DNA of 64,000 nt from Candidatus Hydrogenedentota bacterium (GCA_034669905.1 JAXMOL010000002.1:128001-192000); one strand, 5' to 3'; positions 49,935-60,588 are shown, numbered from the stretch's first letter. A program made the numbers and translations. Notes: generated by a model from the sequence alone, not told the origin.

Positions 49935-50714
49935 CTATTTTCGCACTACGCGGGTATCACAAATATGATCATGCAGGGCCCGCTTCTCGCTGTCAAAGGC
50001 CGCGATGATATAGCCAATCATCAGCGTAAAACTACTCAACAGCGTTCCCAGATAGCGCCCGAAGGCACGCCAATAGCTTACCCGGGATCCATCACTCCGA
50101 ATGACCTTCAAGCCAAAGGCCATTTTCCCCGGCGTGGCACCATACTTCCCGATAAACCACACTTCGTAGGTGATGCCAATGGCCATAGAAAGCAGCGTCG
50201 CAACCGCGAAATACACATAGTCCGACGGGGCAGCGGCCGGTCCGAATAGACCAGCCGGGTCAGCAGGCCCAATCCCAAACAAGGCCTCGATGAGGCTCTG
50301 CAAGACCCCCACAAAACCCAGGATGCACCCATCAATGAAGCGCGCAAAAAAACGAACCCAGAAGCCACCGTAGTGCCAGTCGACAAGCGTACCGCCCCCT
50401 TCGCGGATACGTTGGAAGAATACGTCTTTACAGGCCGCACACACCCGATGCTGTTCATAAACTATCAGCTCATCGGTGGGAAAGGATAGGCCACACTCCA
50501 CACAGGGGGCCGTAGCCCCCGCTTCATCGGAGCCTTCGACGCCGGCTGGAATAACCGGCCTCCCCGCGATCGTGCGATAGGGTTGCCAATCGGCCATCCC
50601 TTCGCGCCAGACCAGGGTCTGACCTGTCACCGCCCCGGACGCGACGAGGGCGGTAAAATCCTCATCGTCAACCGGGCCGATACGCTCATCGCCCTGTGCG
50701 TAATACCACGCCAT
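49935..50714 (-). CDS. GYF_2 + zinc ribbon + RDD membrane protein
   Basis: WYY...GPV...TLVWREGMADWQP; CVECG...CAACK; GFWVRFFARFID...LHDHICDTRVV. Confidence 0.9.
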   Translation of the reverse strand: MAWYYAQGDERIGPVDDEDFTALVASGAVTGQTLVWREGMADWQPYRTIAGRPVIPAGVEGSDEAGATAPCVECGLSFPTDELIVYEQHRVCAACKDVFFQRIREGGGTLVDWHYGGFWVRFFARFIDGCILGFVGVLQSLIEALFGIGPADPAGLFGPAAAPSDYVYFAVATLLSMAIGITYEVWFIGKYGATPGKMAFGLKVIRSDGSRVSYWRAFGRYLGTLLSSFTLMIGYIIAAFDSEKRALHDHICDTRVVRK

Positions 50715-50771
50715 CGCTCCACCTCAATTTTCCCGGGCACCCACACGGCCCCCGCCCCCGGTCAATGCATC

Positions 50772-51581
50772 CTATTTATAGACCACCCGGGTATCACAAA
50801 TGCGATCATGAAGGGCCCGCTTTTCATCGTCAAAGGCCGCCATGATAAAGCCGATAAGCAGGATGATATAGCTCAGCCAGGTGCTGAACATGCGACCGGT
50901 GGCCCGCCCGTACGAAACCGGTGCGCCATCGCTCCGAATCACCTTGATACCCACCGACATCTTGCCCGGGGTCGCACCATATTTCCCGATAAACACAATC
51001 TCATAAACGATGGGCAGGATAAAACCGATCAGCCCGCCCAATATCCCTGCGACGGCATCAAACTCATCGCCGCCACCGGCCGCAGAATTGATTAACGCCC
51101 CGACGAAACCGACGACAAACGAGATCGCGAGGGTTGCGATATTAATAATGAATCCATCCACGATACGCGCACCGACACGAACCCAGAATCCCGCATAGCG
51201 AAAGGCGCCGCGGATTCCGCCCCCTTCGCGTACGCGCTGGAAGAACACGTCTTTGCACTCCGCACAGACCAGGTGCTCTTCATAGGGCACCATTTCATCG
51301 CGGGGAAAACTGCGTCCACACTCCACACAGCCCGCCACCGTCTGCTCGCCATACAATGATTCCGGCATCGCAGCGTCTCCGGCTGCAACGGGCGAGGGCG
51401 TGGAAGCGACCGGGGCGGACGCTCCAACCTGGGCCACACTGCCCAAGGGTTGCCAGTCGGCCATGCCCTCTTTCCATACCAGGGTTTCGGCCGTGATCGC
51501 GCCCGAACGGACCAGCTGATCCATGGCCGCGTCATCGACGGGTCCCATACGTTCATCGCCCCGTGCGTAATACCAGTTCAA
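50772..51581 (-). CDS. GYF_2 + zinc ribbon + RDD membrane protein (paralog)
   Basis: Same architecture as 49935-50714; TTG start at 51581 after GGGAGG. Confidence 0.9.
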   Translation of the reverse strand: MNWYYARGDERMGPVDDAAMDQLVRSGAITAETLVWKEGMADWQPLGSVAQVGASAPVASTPSPVAAGDAAMPESLYGEQTVAGCVECGRSFPRDEMVPYEEHLVCAECKDVFFQRVREGGGIRGAFRYAGFWVRVGARIVDGFIINIATLAISFVVGFVGALINSAAGGGDEFDAVAGILGGLIGFILPIVYEIVFIGKYGATPGKMSVGIKVIRSDGAPVSYGRATGRMFSTWLSYIILLIGFIMAAFDDEKRALHDRICDTRVVYK

Positions 51582-51817
51582 AGCAGCGCCCTCCCGGGAG
51601 TTCCCAGTCCGTTGATTCGTGGGTACAGTGGTGCGCACCCAATGCGCACCCGAAGTGTCCGCGTCATCCTACCCGAAGGGGACCGGGCTGATCGAATTTC
51701 GTGCCTTGCACACCTTATTTACCCCGCCACCGTGTGCGACGTATACTGGAGCCACGGTTGTCCAGGCCGAGATACCCCGGCACCCTGGAAAAGGCTGTCA
51801 CGAAAGAGGAGAGAGAC

Positions 51818-52597
51818 GTGCCCGAACCCTTTGATATCTCCAGCATCGAGCTTCCAGAGGATTCAGAAGTACATGCGTTGCTGCGCAAGTGCCCCGATGT
51901 GGAGGGAATCCGATTTACCAACGACGAGTTCCTGGTCCACGGCGAAGACACGGCCATGGACATCTTCCTCATTCTGCGCGGCAATTGCCTGGTAGAGCAG
52001 CCCGACGCCCCCCGCGAACGCACGCCCGGAAGTGAACTGGCCGTCATTCAGGCGGAGCCCGACTCCCCCGTTTTCATCGGCGAAATGGCCTACCTCGGTG
52101 GCGGCTACCGCACCGCTTCGGTCCGCAGCGTCATGGCCACCCATGTCATCCGGCTCCAACCCCACCATCTCGACACCATCATGGAAGAACTCCCCCGCTT
52201 AACGCGAATCCTCTGTCGGCAATTCGCACAACGGCTCGGGGAAGCCAACGCCTTCATCAAGAGCTACCAGGAACTGAACGCCATGGAGGCGTCCCAACGT
52301 TTCCTGAAAACGGGCGATATCCTGGTAAACGCGGGCGACCCTGCCGAGCGCCTGTATCAGGTCATTGACGGGTGTGTCGCGGAAACCGATGGCGGTGAAG
52401 CCGTCATCCAGCACGGAAATGGGCCGTCCACCTTCGTGCATGCGGCGGAGTTCTTCGCCGAAGGCACCCACCCCTTTGGCGTGGTCGCCCGCTCGTCCAG
52501 CATCGTGTTGGGACTCGAACGCTCCCGCGTGGAAGCCGTTGTCCGTAATTTCCCCGAACTGGCCCTGTCCCTGTTGCGCGGTGAAAACAGCCCCTAG
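51818..52597 (+). CDS. Tandem cyclic-nucleotide-binding domain protein without HTH
   Basis: IGEMAYLGGGYRTASVRS phosphate-binding cassette; second degenerate domain GDILVNAGDPAERLYQVIDG; GAGGAG RBS. Confidence 0.82.
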   Translation: MPEPFDISSIELPEDSEVHALLRKCPDVEGIRFTNDEFLVHGEDTAMDIFLILRGNCLVEQPDAPRERTPGSELAVIQAEPDSPVFIGEMAYLGGGYRTASVRSVMATHVIRLQPHHLDTIMEELPRLTRILCRQFAQRLGEANAFIKSYQELNAMEASQRFLKTGDILVNAGDPAERLYQVIDGCVAETDGGEAVIQHGNGPSTFVHAAEFFAEGTHPFGVVARSSSIVLGLERSRVEAVVRNFPELALSLLRGENSP

Positions 52598-52604
52598 ACC
52601 GCGC

Positions 52605-53816
52605 CTATGGGACCATTGCCAGATGCCGGTTCGCCGCCTGGAGTGTTTTCAGGTAGCCGTTGCGGTGGTTGGTGGCCGTCACACTCATAGAGGCTTCCTG
52701 CCAGGAAAAATCGAAGACCCAGAATGCGGCCAATTGCACCGGGCTCGCAAGCAGCGCGGCGACCATCCGCTCCCCTTCTTCCCGGGCGCTCTCCCGCGTC
52801 CAGGGCGCAGCATTGTCCGGTGGCGGTCCGAATTCGCCGACGAAAAGTCCTTTCCCGGCCCCATCAGCGGCCTTCCGCGCCTCCCCGAATATGGATTCAT
52901 AGTCGACCGACGCCTCCCCGAATCGCTTGTGGCGGGCGTGGGGATACACGTGAATCGAAATCATATCGAGGGGGTCCGGGGTCATATACATTAGATTCTC
53001 CCGAAACTCCGCCGGGCTGTCCTGCGCCCACGTGCCCGCAACCCGTAGATGGTGGGCCGATGCACGGGAGATACTGTGCCCGGAAGTGACAGGCCGATGG
53101 GGATCCACGGCGCGCACGGCCTCGCCAAAAGCGACCAATGCCACCCGGACCATGTCGGAACGAAGATCGTCTTCCGGGCCGCGGGTTGCCGGAGAACCTT
53201 TGTGCACATGGGTCCAGGGCCGGTGCTCCGCCGCATTGGGCAGGTCCACGTTGAGGTTGTATTCATTGCCGAATTCCCACGCCCAGATGGCCGGTGAGTC
53301 CTTATACCGGGTCACCACCTCGGTCACATAAGTCGTCATAAACGCATGGGTCTTGCTCCCGGGCATGCCCCAACGGTTTCGTGGCTCGCCCACGAGATCC
53401 GGAATGCAGGCCGACCACCAGAACAGGGAGGGCACCAGACCCACGCCTGCCTCTTCGGCCGCCCGCACCACGCCATCCATCAAGCTGAAGTAGGCGGCCC
53501 GGTCCGTCTGGTACAGATCCCATTCAACGGGATAAAAGCCACCGAAATTCAACCGCGCAAAGGGGATGTCATGGGCCGCCAGAACCGCGAACCCATCCCG
53601 GTAACGCTGGTCCGCCGGATCTTTCAGACACCGTGTAAAGGCATCCATATAGTTCACCCCGATGGCATGAACCGGGGCACCGTCTTTCAGAATGCGCCCG
53701 TCCTCACCGATGCGAAGTCCCTGCCCCAGCACCGAAGCACAAGAAAAGGACAGGAGGCCTGCCAGGAAAACGCCCCGGCATGCACTCCTGCCCAAACACT
53801 GAAAATACCGCGTCAT
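52605..53816 (-). CDS. GH5-like glycoside hydrolase, secreted
   Basis: RYKDSPAIWAWEFGNE (acid/base), SIHVY, FVGEFG (nucleophile). Confidence 0.85.
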   Translation of the reverse strand: MTRYFQCLGRSACRGVFLAGLLSFSCASVLGQGLRIGEDGRILKDGAPVHAIGVNYMDAFTRCLKDPADQRYRDGFAVLAAHDIPFARLNFGGFYPVEWDLYQTDRAAYFSLMDGVVRAAEEAGVGLVPSLFWWSACIPDLVGEPRNRWGMPGSKTHAFMTTYVTEVVTRYKDSPAIWAWEFGNEYNLNVDLPNAAEHRPWTHVHKGSPATRGPEDDLRSDMVRVALVAFGEAVRAVDPHRPVTSGHSISRASAHHLRVAGTWAQDSPAEFRENLMYMTPDPLDMISIHVYPHARHKRFGEASVDYESIFGEARKAADGAGKGLFVGEFGPPPDNAAPWTRESAREEGERMVAALLASPVQLAAFWVFDFSWQEASMSVTATNHRNGYLKTLQAANRHLAMVP

Positions 53817-53818
53817 GC

Positions 53819-56800
53819 TTAATCCCGACGATAGAGGGGATCGGCTCCCAAGGTACCTTGGAGGCTATCCAGGTACGCCGGCGAACTGACCTTTTTCAGT
53901 TCCTCTTTCGCGATCACGAGACGCTTATTCAAGTCCAATTGATGACTGTCATCCAAGAGCGCCGGCTTGGAGAGTGCAGCTTCCAGGTTGTCAATGTGCC
54001 GCTGCCACAGGGCGCAATCACGCTCCTGCTTGGTGCCCAGCCGCTCCTGGTACCAGTCACTGGCGATAAGGTATTCCCGGGTAAAGAGGGCCCGCACTTC
54101 GGGGTCCTGCACGGTCTTCCCGTTGTAGTCGCCATGGGCCATGATGTGCAACAAGGCCGCCAGGGGCGGACAGGCCGCTTTGATACTGCCGTCGTCCAGG
54201 AAGGCCTGGGCACACCGTTGCTGCGCCTCCACGATATTCTTGATACCGTCGACAAAGGCTTCCATGTCCTGCGTTTCCGGACGAAGCATCTCCGTGTTGA
54301 AGACCGATGACGGGCTGTCAAAAACCCGGCCAAAGTAATGCCGTAGAAAGGTCTTCGTCATGCGATAGCCCAGTCGACTGGCGGGAATCAGCTCTCCCTC
54401 GTACTCAAAGTCCTCGAGTTTCTCGAAACACCCTTCCGCGATCAATCGCGCCGGATCCCGCTCCGCGGCAGAGAGACGACACCACACTTCGGGAATCAGC
54501 AGGCTTACATCGTGGTCGACCCGGTACTTCGGCCCGATATAGCCGGCCGCCGTCGTAAATGATTGGTAGCCGGTCAAGATATACGAGACAAGGGCATTGT
54601 TCAGATCACTGGTGGGGGTCAGGCAGTTGAAAGGCCCCTTCGTAAGGGCCCCTTCCGACCCTGCACCGGTCGTCGAAGGCGACTTACCCGTCAAGCTCGC
54701 GATGAAATCCATGAAGAGCTCGGGGAGCTCCAAGTAGTGTATGGGATTGTACACGGCAAGCGGACGTATGCCGGCTTTCCGGTCCTGGGGATTGTTCCGG
54801 CGCCCGGGCAGCACGGCATTGACCGGCTGGATGAGCGGCTTATCCATGGGTACACGCCGGTGCAGGCGGGTGGCCACCTCCCCGAGATAGCGCTCCCGGG
54901 GCTCGACCAGATCAGGGCGCATCTGGAGATAACGGGGATTCTTCGTCGGCACCCCATCGACGATGCGGGGATGGGCCGACGAAACGAAATACGCGCAATT
55001 ACTGTCTGCTGCCACCCGATTGATGAGGCCCTGCATCGGCTCGGTGTAGGCATCGAAGCTGATGATTTCCCGCTTGAAGGCGTGGGCATCTTCCCGGGTA
55101 AGGGGCGCGAAATTGGAGATGAAATTGTTGTCTTCCGATAGATCCCATTCGGTCTGGCGATCATAGCCCCGGTGGATGGCCTCATCAGGACGCTGGAAAA
55201 GGCGCGTTTCACAGTTCTCCAGAATCTTCACACTCTCGTTCTTGTACTGCGGATTCAGGTATTCGAGCTGATTCGTCGGCACCACCACAGACGCCGAGAT
55301 GTCGTCTTCCGTCTGAATCTTTGCCGCCGGCATAAAGTCCTGCCGCAACTTGTAGGTCCGCCAGGAGCCATCGCCCAGAAGGCCTACACGCAGATAGCTC
55401 GCTACCAGCTTACGGCCGTGGAATTTCAGTTCATGACCCGGCTTGCCATTGATGATATCGGCACTGAAATGGCTCTGCCAGTCGTCTCCCCACTCAGGAC
55501 GGTAGAAGCGCTTGATGATAAAGACCATCGCCTTTACATAGTCGGGAATCGTTTGGAGCCAGGCATTGTATTCCGGCACGTACTCTTCTTCCGACACCGT
55601 CAACAGACGAATCACCGAACCCAGCGACCGGTTGCTGGCAAGCAACGGCCGGCCTTTCGACACGATCGATTTGTCGATGAAGCGGTTGCTGTAGTTCCGG
55701 TTCATGATCTCTTCGATCTTCTCGAAGTCCAGCTTGTAATCCGCCACAAAAAACGGTCCGTAGTGAACCGCATCCAGCAGGGACTTGGAAATCTCGGACT
55801 TGCCGCCGCCGGAAACGGTGCACGGCTTGTGACAGAAGGTTCCTTCTACCCCCGTTCCGATGAGACGCCACGAAGGGGCTCCCCGGTGCTTCTCCATGTG
55901 GACCTTGTAGCCATCGGGATTGACGTAGGTGTGGTTGGGCGACAGCAAGATCGACTGCTCCTCCCCGTCCTTCGTCCAACTCACCCGTTGGGCATTGAGG
56001 TCAATGTGCACATTCTCCGGCACATAAATAATGTCCGGATACTGCTTATCGATACCATAGCCCTCTGGCTGGATATCCATGAGCTCGCCATACTTTGAGG
56101 CCATCTCCCCAAAGGTGTGGTCATCTTTGGAATAGCGGGCGTCCATGTGAAACTTGTCGCCCAGATTGAATCGCGCATAGGCCAGCGCACCACCGGCGTG
56201 CTCTTCTTCACAATTGCCATACAAGTTGGCCGCATAGCTGAGCTGGGTCTTTACTTCCTTCTTGCAGTAACCAAAATAGTTATCCGCGATCAGGGTCACG
56301 ACGACGCCGCGCTCATCGCGACACGTAATCTTGAAGGCACCCCCGTCATTGTATAACTCGTCGGCATCCTTCCAGCACATCCCCTCACGACGCTGACGCT
56401 CCGTCGCGTGGTCATAATGGGGCAGACCCAGATCCTTCTTCTTGCACTGGGTCAAATGGGGGGCAAGGATCACGCAGCCCGTGTGGCCGGTCCAGTGTTC
56501 CACATCGAGTGCCGCGTCGTGCTCGGGCAGAGAGGGGTCACCGCCATTGCCAAAAATCGTCTCCACAAAGTCCAGATTACTTACCAGACTCGCCGGCGCA
56601 AAAAAACGGGTCTCCATCGTCTTGGCCGGCGAAATCCCCGGCACCTCCGGGACCACTTTGGGCCGAAGCAAGAGCGATACAACCACGTGGGCCTGCTCTG
56701 CCTGTTCCGACAGAAAGGGTAGTTGGGTATAAGTCTTGGGGGGATTCAATGCGGCGATAGCCAGATTGCCATAGACCTGTCGGGGCACTTCCTTCTTGTC

Positions 56801-57286
56801 CAGGGGAACCGGCAGCCCCCCGTCGGCCACGTGAAAGACCCCTTTCGTCGTGCGGCGGTCACTGGCAGGGTTGTGCAACACCCCCTGCTTGATTCGGTAA
56901 GACTCGATGATGTCATTCTTGAATTCGTGGCCATCCACCGGGAGTGAAAGCTCCCGGGCCAGTCCCGGACGGTCCAGGGTGAGCGTATCGCCCGGAAGCC
57001 GAAGGGTGCCATTCAAGGTCACGTCCGAAAGATAATCGTCCAGAAAGTTCTGGATGCGTGTATCGACCGGGCACAGGTAGTCCGCCAACAGGCGGTTCTT
57101 CGCTTTGTAACTCCGCACGAGGCCGTGGGTCAGACCAAGAAAATTGGAACTTGCCTTGGTGTAGGTCGGAAGTCCCAGTGCAGCCAGTTTCAGGCTGATG
57201 TACCGCACGATATGACGGCGCTCGTAACCGAGGTTTTCTCCGTCTCCGCTTTGGGTCATGTCGGATTCTGAGTGTGGGTTGGACAA
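53819..57286 (-). CDS. PPi-dependent phosphoenolpyruvate carboxykinase (PEP carboxytransphosphorylase)
   Basis: ~1150 aa; QGVLHNPASDRRTTKGVFH, NYFGYCKKEVKTQ, EEHAGGA, HKPCTVSGGGKSEISK, LTGKSPSTTGAGSEGALTK. Start TTG 57286 or ATG 57259. Confidence 0.9.
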   Translation of the reverse strand: MSNPHSESDMTQSGDGENLGYERRHIVRYISLKLAALGLPTYTKASSNFLGLTHGLVRSYKAKNRLLADYLCPVDTRIQNFLDDYLSDVTLNGTLRLPGDTLTLDRPGLARELSLPVDGHEFKNDIIESYRIKQGVLHNPASDRRTTKGVFHVADGGLPVPLDKKEVPRQVYGNLAIAALNPPKTYTQLPFLSEQAEQAHVVVSLLLRPKVVPEVPGISPAKTMETRFFAPASLVSNLDFVETIFGNGGDPSLPEHDAALDVEHWTGHTGCVILAPHLTQCKKKDLGLPHYDHATERQRREGMCWKDADELYNDGGAFKITCRDERGVVVTLIADNYFGYCKKEVKTQLSYAANLYGNCEEEHAGGALAYARFNLGDKFHMDARYSKDDHTFGEMASKYGELMDIQPEGYGIDKQYPDIIYVPENVHIDLNAQRVSWTKDGEEQSILLSPNHTYVNPDGYKVHMEKHRGAPSWRLIGTGVEGTFCHKPCTVSGGGKSEISKSLLDAVHYGPFFVADYKLDFEKIEEIMNRNYSNRFIDKSIVSKGRPLLASNRSLGSVIRLLTVSEEEYVPEYNAWLQTIPDYVKAMVFIIKRFYRPEWGDDWQSHFSADIINGKPGHELKFHGRKLVASYLRVGLLGDGSWRTYKLRQDFMPAAKIQTEDDISASVVVPTNQLEYLNPQYKNESVKILENCETRLFQRPDEAIHRGYDRQTEWDLSEDNNFISNFAPLTREDAHAFKREIISFDAYTEPMQGLINRVAADSNCAYFVSSAHPRIVDGVPTKNPRYLQMRPDLVEPRERYLGEVATRLHRRVPMDKPLIQPVNAVLPGRRNNPQDRKAGIRPLAVYNPIHYLELPELFMDFIASLTGKSPSTTGAGSEGALTKGPFNCLTPTSDLNNALVSYILTGYQSFTTAAGYIGPKYRVDHDVSLLIPEVWCRLSAAERDPARLIAEGCFEKLEDFEYEGELIPASRLGYRMTKTFLRHYFGRVFDSPSSVFNTEMLRPETQDMEAFVDGIKNIVEAQQRCAQAFLDDGSIKAACPPLAALLHIMAHGDYNGKTVQDPEVRALFTREYLIASDWYQERLGTKQERDCALWQRHIDNLEAALSKPALLDDSHQLDLNKRLVIAKEELKKVSSPAYLDSLQGTLGADPLYRRD

Positions 57287-57897
57287 GGCTCTGTTACTCC
57301 CAAGTCGTCGTTGGCGTTAGAGGTGGCTTCTGTCCGATCCCATACCCCGTACGGGCCCCGGAGAAGAAGAAATTTCGGGTCGAGGAACAATCTGCTGCCG
57401 GGACGCAGTCCAGACCATCCGCGGTTGTGCCTTGGAGATGTCGACGCCGTGACACAACGGACACGGGTCTTTGCGGTGGCCTGATCAGGGCCTCCGAATC
57501 ACACAGGGGTGTCCAAGCCCGACGACACGTTGCCTGTGGATAATTCGCCGTATTTCTACGGCCATCTACGCCCCACTATTCTACGAAATCTCAGGGCACG
57601 GTGTCGAACCGACGCCCCGCCCCAACGGGTTCCTGCGACACGACACCCACACATTCTATATATGCGCAGTATTCTTAGCCATGTCGCCCGTTAATTATGG
57701 TCTATACGTTCCGTTTTGTAATCCCCCTTACCGAAAAATACGCGCGTTTGGACAATACTGATAGCAGTGGTATGCGGAAATCTGTTCCCAGTTGATACTG
57801 GTTCGACGGATTCTGCAGGAGTCAAAGACCCGCTGCGCGAGCCATGATGGTTGGCACGGCCCAGCCCTGCCGGGCTGTAAATGGAGGATGAGAGCGT

Positions 57898-58995
57898 ATG
57901 AAATCACAATGGTTACTACCCCTGTGTGCCGCCGTAATACTGGTCGGTTGCCAGACCAATCGGGGCGTCCACGAATTGCCTATGTCGCGAGACTATCACG
58001 ATGTAGAATACTTTGATATCGACGAAGCCGAGGCCATGGTTCAAAAGGCCCACCGGGTGGGGGCCCAGCATCACGCCTCCTTTGAATACCAGTCTGCGAC
58101 CCGCTACCTGAAAATGGCCAAGGCCTCCAAGGCCGAAAACGATAAAAAAGGGCAGTGGGACTATGCCAAACTGGCCCACGATTACGCCGAGAAGGCCATT
58201 GCCAATGGATCCGGCATTGCCGATCGGGGTCCGTTCACCCAATACGCGGATAAGGAAGCCTGCGTGGCCGACTTTAATCGCGTAAAAGCCCGCCATGCCG
58301 AACTCGATCCCGCCAAGGCCGCCCTGGTGGCACCCGTCCTCTATGCCGATGCCACCTATCAGTTGAGTCGCGCCGAGCATGAACTCATCGAAGTGCGCCA
58401 CTGGCCCCAGGCCGGTCCCCGCATTCCCTCCGCCGAAGCCGACATTGATACCATCTGGTCGCAAGACGTAGATGGCGACGGCATCGTCGACATGAAAGAC
58501 GGGGCGCCGTGGGCCCCCGAAGATAAAGACGGCTTCGAAGACATGGACGGCATCCCCGATCCGGACAACGACCAGGACGGCATCCTCGACGATGATGACG
58601 TCAAAATCAACGACCCGGAAACCCACAACAACTGGCATGACTACGATGGCGCTCCGGATACCCCCGCCGCCCTCGACACCATCTACTTCGCCAGTGGTAG
58701 CGCCGCCTTCTCTTCTGAAACGAAGGGGTACCTCCGCGGCCTGGTCCATATCCTCCAGGAATGGCCCGCTATCAAGCTGCACGTAAAAGGACATACCGAC
58801 AGCGTCGCTGGTGAGCCCGCCAACCAGGATCTCTCCAAACGCCGCGCCGAAGTGATTCAGTCCTATCTGATTCAACGCGGCGCGCCGGCCGACCGCGTCA
58901 TGGTGTCCTTCTACGGCGAATCCATGCCCGTCAACGACAACAAGACCGCTGCCGATAAGGCCAAAAACCGTCGGGTCGAGCTCGTACTCGAGTAA
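57898..58995 (+). CDS. OmpA-family lipoprotein with DUF4398-like helices and Ca-binding (TSP3-like) repeats
   Basis: LVGC lipobox; DVDGDG and DNDQDG repeats; GHTD...NQDLSKRRA...NRRVE. Confidence 0.9.
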   Translation: MKSQWLLPLCAAVILVGCQTNRGVHELPMSRDYHDVEYFDIDEAEAMVQKAHRVGAQHHASFEYQSATRYLKMAKASKAENDKKGQWDYAKLAHDYAEKAIANGSGIADRGPFTQYADKEACVADFNRVKARHAELDPAKAALVAPVLYADATYQLSRAEHELIEVRHWPQAGPRIPSAEADIDTIWSQDVDGDGIVDMKDGAPWAPEDKDGFEDMDGIPDPDNDQDGILDDDDVKINDPETHNNWHDYDGAPDTPAALDTIYFASGSAAFSSETKGYLRGLVHILQEWPAIKLHVKGHTDSVAGEPANQDLSKRRAEVIQSYLIQRGAPADRVMVSFYGESMPVNDNKTAADKAKNRRVELVLE

Positions 58996-59020
58996 GTATC
59001 ACCGGCTGACAAACCCATCC

Positions 59021-59055
59021 GGGCGTGGCTCCCATCGGAGTCACGCCCTTTTTTT
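59021..59055 (+). terminator. Intrinsic terminator of the OmpA gene
   Basis: GGGCGTGGCTCC/GGAGTCACGCCC followed by T7. Confidence 0.85.
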
Positions 59056-59272
59056 GGGTACGTCGACGGGGCGTGTGTGGGCCGGAAGCAAGCTGCCGCA
59101 CGCCCGGGAAACGTCTCCGAGCCGGTCAGGCTTTATCGTTCACTCGAATTCCCTGGGGATGCCACCGATACGGACGTGGGGTAGGCGACGCGCCGCAGGC
59201 GGGTACGAACGGCCTGATGGTGCAAGACGTCTCTCCAATGTGAGGCTCCCATCATGCTCGCTCCCCCCAAAC

Positions 59273-59315
59273 AAAAAAACACCCCGGGATACCGCACAGT
59301 ATCCCGGGGTCTTTT
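59273..59315. terminator. Bidirectional terminator, serving the M23 gene
   Basis: A7, ACCCCGGGATAC/GTATCCCGGGGT, then CTTTT. Confidence 0.8.
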
Positions 59316-59369
59316 GTGCCCAGTTGCGCCTGAGACAAAAGTAAGGGTTATAAAAAACGCATATTCAGC

Positions 59370-60545
59370 CTAGTTGTCGCCGCCCGCATGGGCTCCATGA
59401 AGGGGGGCCGATTTCAAATGGGGCATGGGGTTGACCGCCTTGCCATGACGTCGCATCTCCAGGTGGAGATGCGGTCCGGTTGAGCGGCCCGTTGAGCCGA
59501 CTTCCGCAATAACCTCACCCGCCTGCACCGTATCCCCCACCGAAACCAGGGTCTTTGCCGTGTGGCCATACACCGACTCCAGTCCATCGTCATGACGGAC
59601 CACTACGGTATTGCCGTAGCCCCCCTTCCAGCCACTGAAAGTCACTTCACCCGCACGCAGAGAAGTAATCTCGGTCCCGCGGTTGGCTGCCAAATCGATG
59701 CCCCCGTGAAAAGCCAGGCGCCCCGAAAAAGGGTCTTTGCGCATGCCATATTCGGAACTCAATCGGGCCGTGCCTTTGAGTACGGGATGCCAGGGGCTTT
59801 CCGGCGGCGTGTTCACAACAGGGCTATGCTCCACGTCGATCAAACCACGCACCCGCGACAGGGCATCAGAGGTACCGTTTAAGAGCCGCTGCAGGGCGTT
59901 CGCCCGCTTCATCGCGCCACCCACCGCAAGTTCCTCGGCGAGGGGCTCGACGGCCCCTACCGGCTTCGGCGTCTCCGGCACAACAGGAGTAAGGCGGCGC
60001 GCCACGGGCATGGGCTTGGACGTCGCGGTCAGGTCTTTATCACGGAGCACATCCACTGGTGCCGTGGGCGGGGTGGCCGACGACATGGATGGGGGCGCGG
60101 AAAGGGGGCTTACCGTCAGGTGCTTCGCCATCGGTGTGGGAGGCGCCATGGGCACGGTGGCCATGGGTACGGCGGCCGAAGCCACCCGCCCCTGCAATAC
60201 GGAAAGGTTTAAGTCCTGACCAGGATGGATAAGATCGGCATTCCGCAGCCCATTGGCGGCGGCCGTTTTGCGGACCCCGTCGTACACTTCGCTCGGCGTG
60301 GGGCTTTTTCCGTCACGCTGCAAAAACTCCCGCACGATACGTGTCAGGTTTTCGCCACGCTGAACACGATGGGTCGCGTTGGGTGCCGGGTTGCTGTCGG
60401 GTGTGAGGCTGGCCGCAGTGGGATTTCTAAGAAATTCTTCGCCCGACCATCGCTCCGGGCTCCGTGCCGGCACCCGGGTATAGGTGGCCACACTTTTCGG
60501 GCGAACTGTGTTTTCTACTTCGTGGGGTATCCCATAGACAGGCAT
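59370..60545 (-). CDS. LysM + M23 metallopeptidase
   Basis: HRVQRGENL...NADLIHPGQDL; HGGID, YGH, STGPHLH; GGAGG RBS before ATG 60545. Confidence 0.92.
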   Translation of the reverse strand: MPVYGIPHEVENTVRPKSVATYTRVPARSPERWSGEEFLRNPTAASLTPDSNPAPNATHRVQRGENLTRIVREFLQRDGKSPTPSEVYDGVRKTAAANGLRNADLIHPGQDLNLSVLQGRVASAAVPMATVPMAPPTPMAKHLTVSPLSAPPSMSSATPPTAPVDVLRDKDLTATSKPMPVARRLTPVVPETPKPVGAVEPLAEELAVGGAMKRANALQRLLNGTSDALSRVRGLIDVEHSPVVNTPPESPWHPVLKGTARLSSEYGMRKDPFSGRLAFHGGIDLAANRGTEITSLRAGEVTFSGWKGGYGNTVVVRHDDGLESVYGHTAKTLVSVGDTVQAGEVIAEVGSTGRSTGPHLHLEMRRHGKAVNPMPHLKSAPLHGAHAGGDN

Positions 60546-60588
60546 TGTTTCGACCTCCATCACGACATCCGGGCAACAGAAGCACTGC

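Noticed and set aside
57535..57543. DnaA box TGTGGATAA suggesting oriC
   Set aside because: Single box; no cluster, unwinding element or dnaA context.
57590..57660. tRNA suggested by GGTTCGAC on the minus strand
   Set aside because: No cloverleaf; acceptor and anticodon stems cannot be formed.
57851..57866. TTGGCACGGCCCAGC as a sigma54 promoter for the OmpA gene
   Set aside because: GG-to-GC spacing is 9 rather than the required 10, and TTGC is missing.
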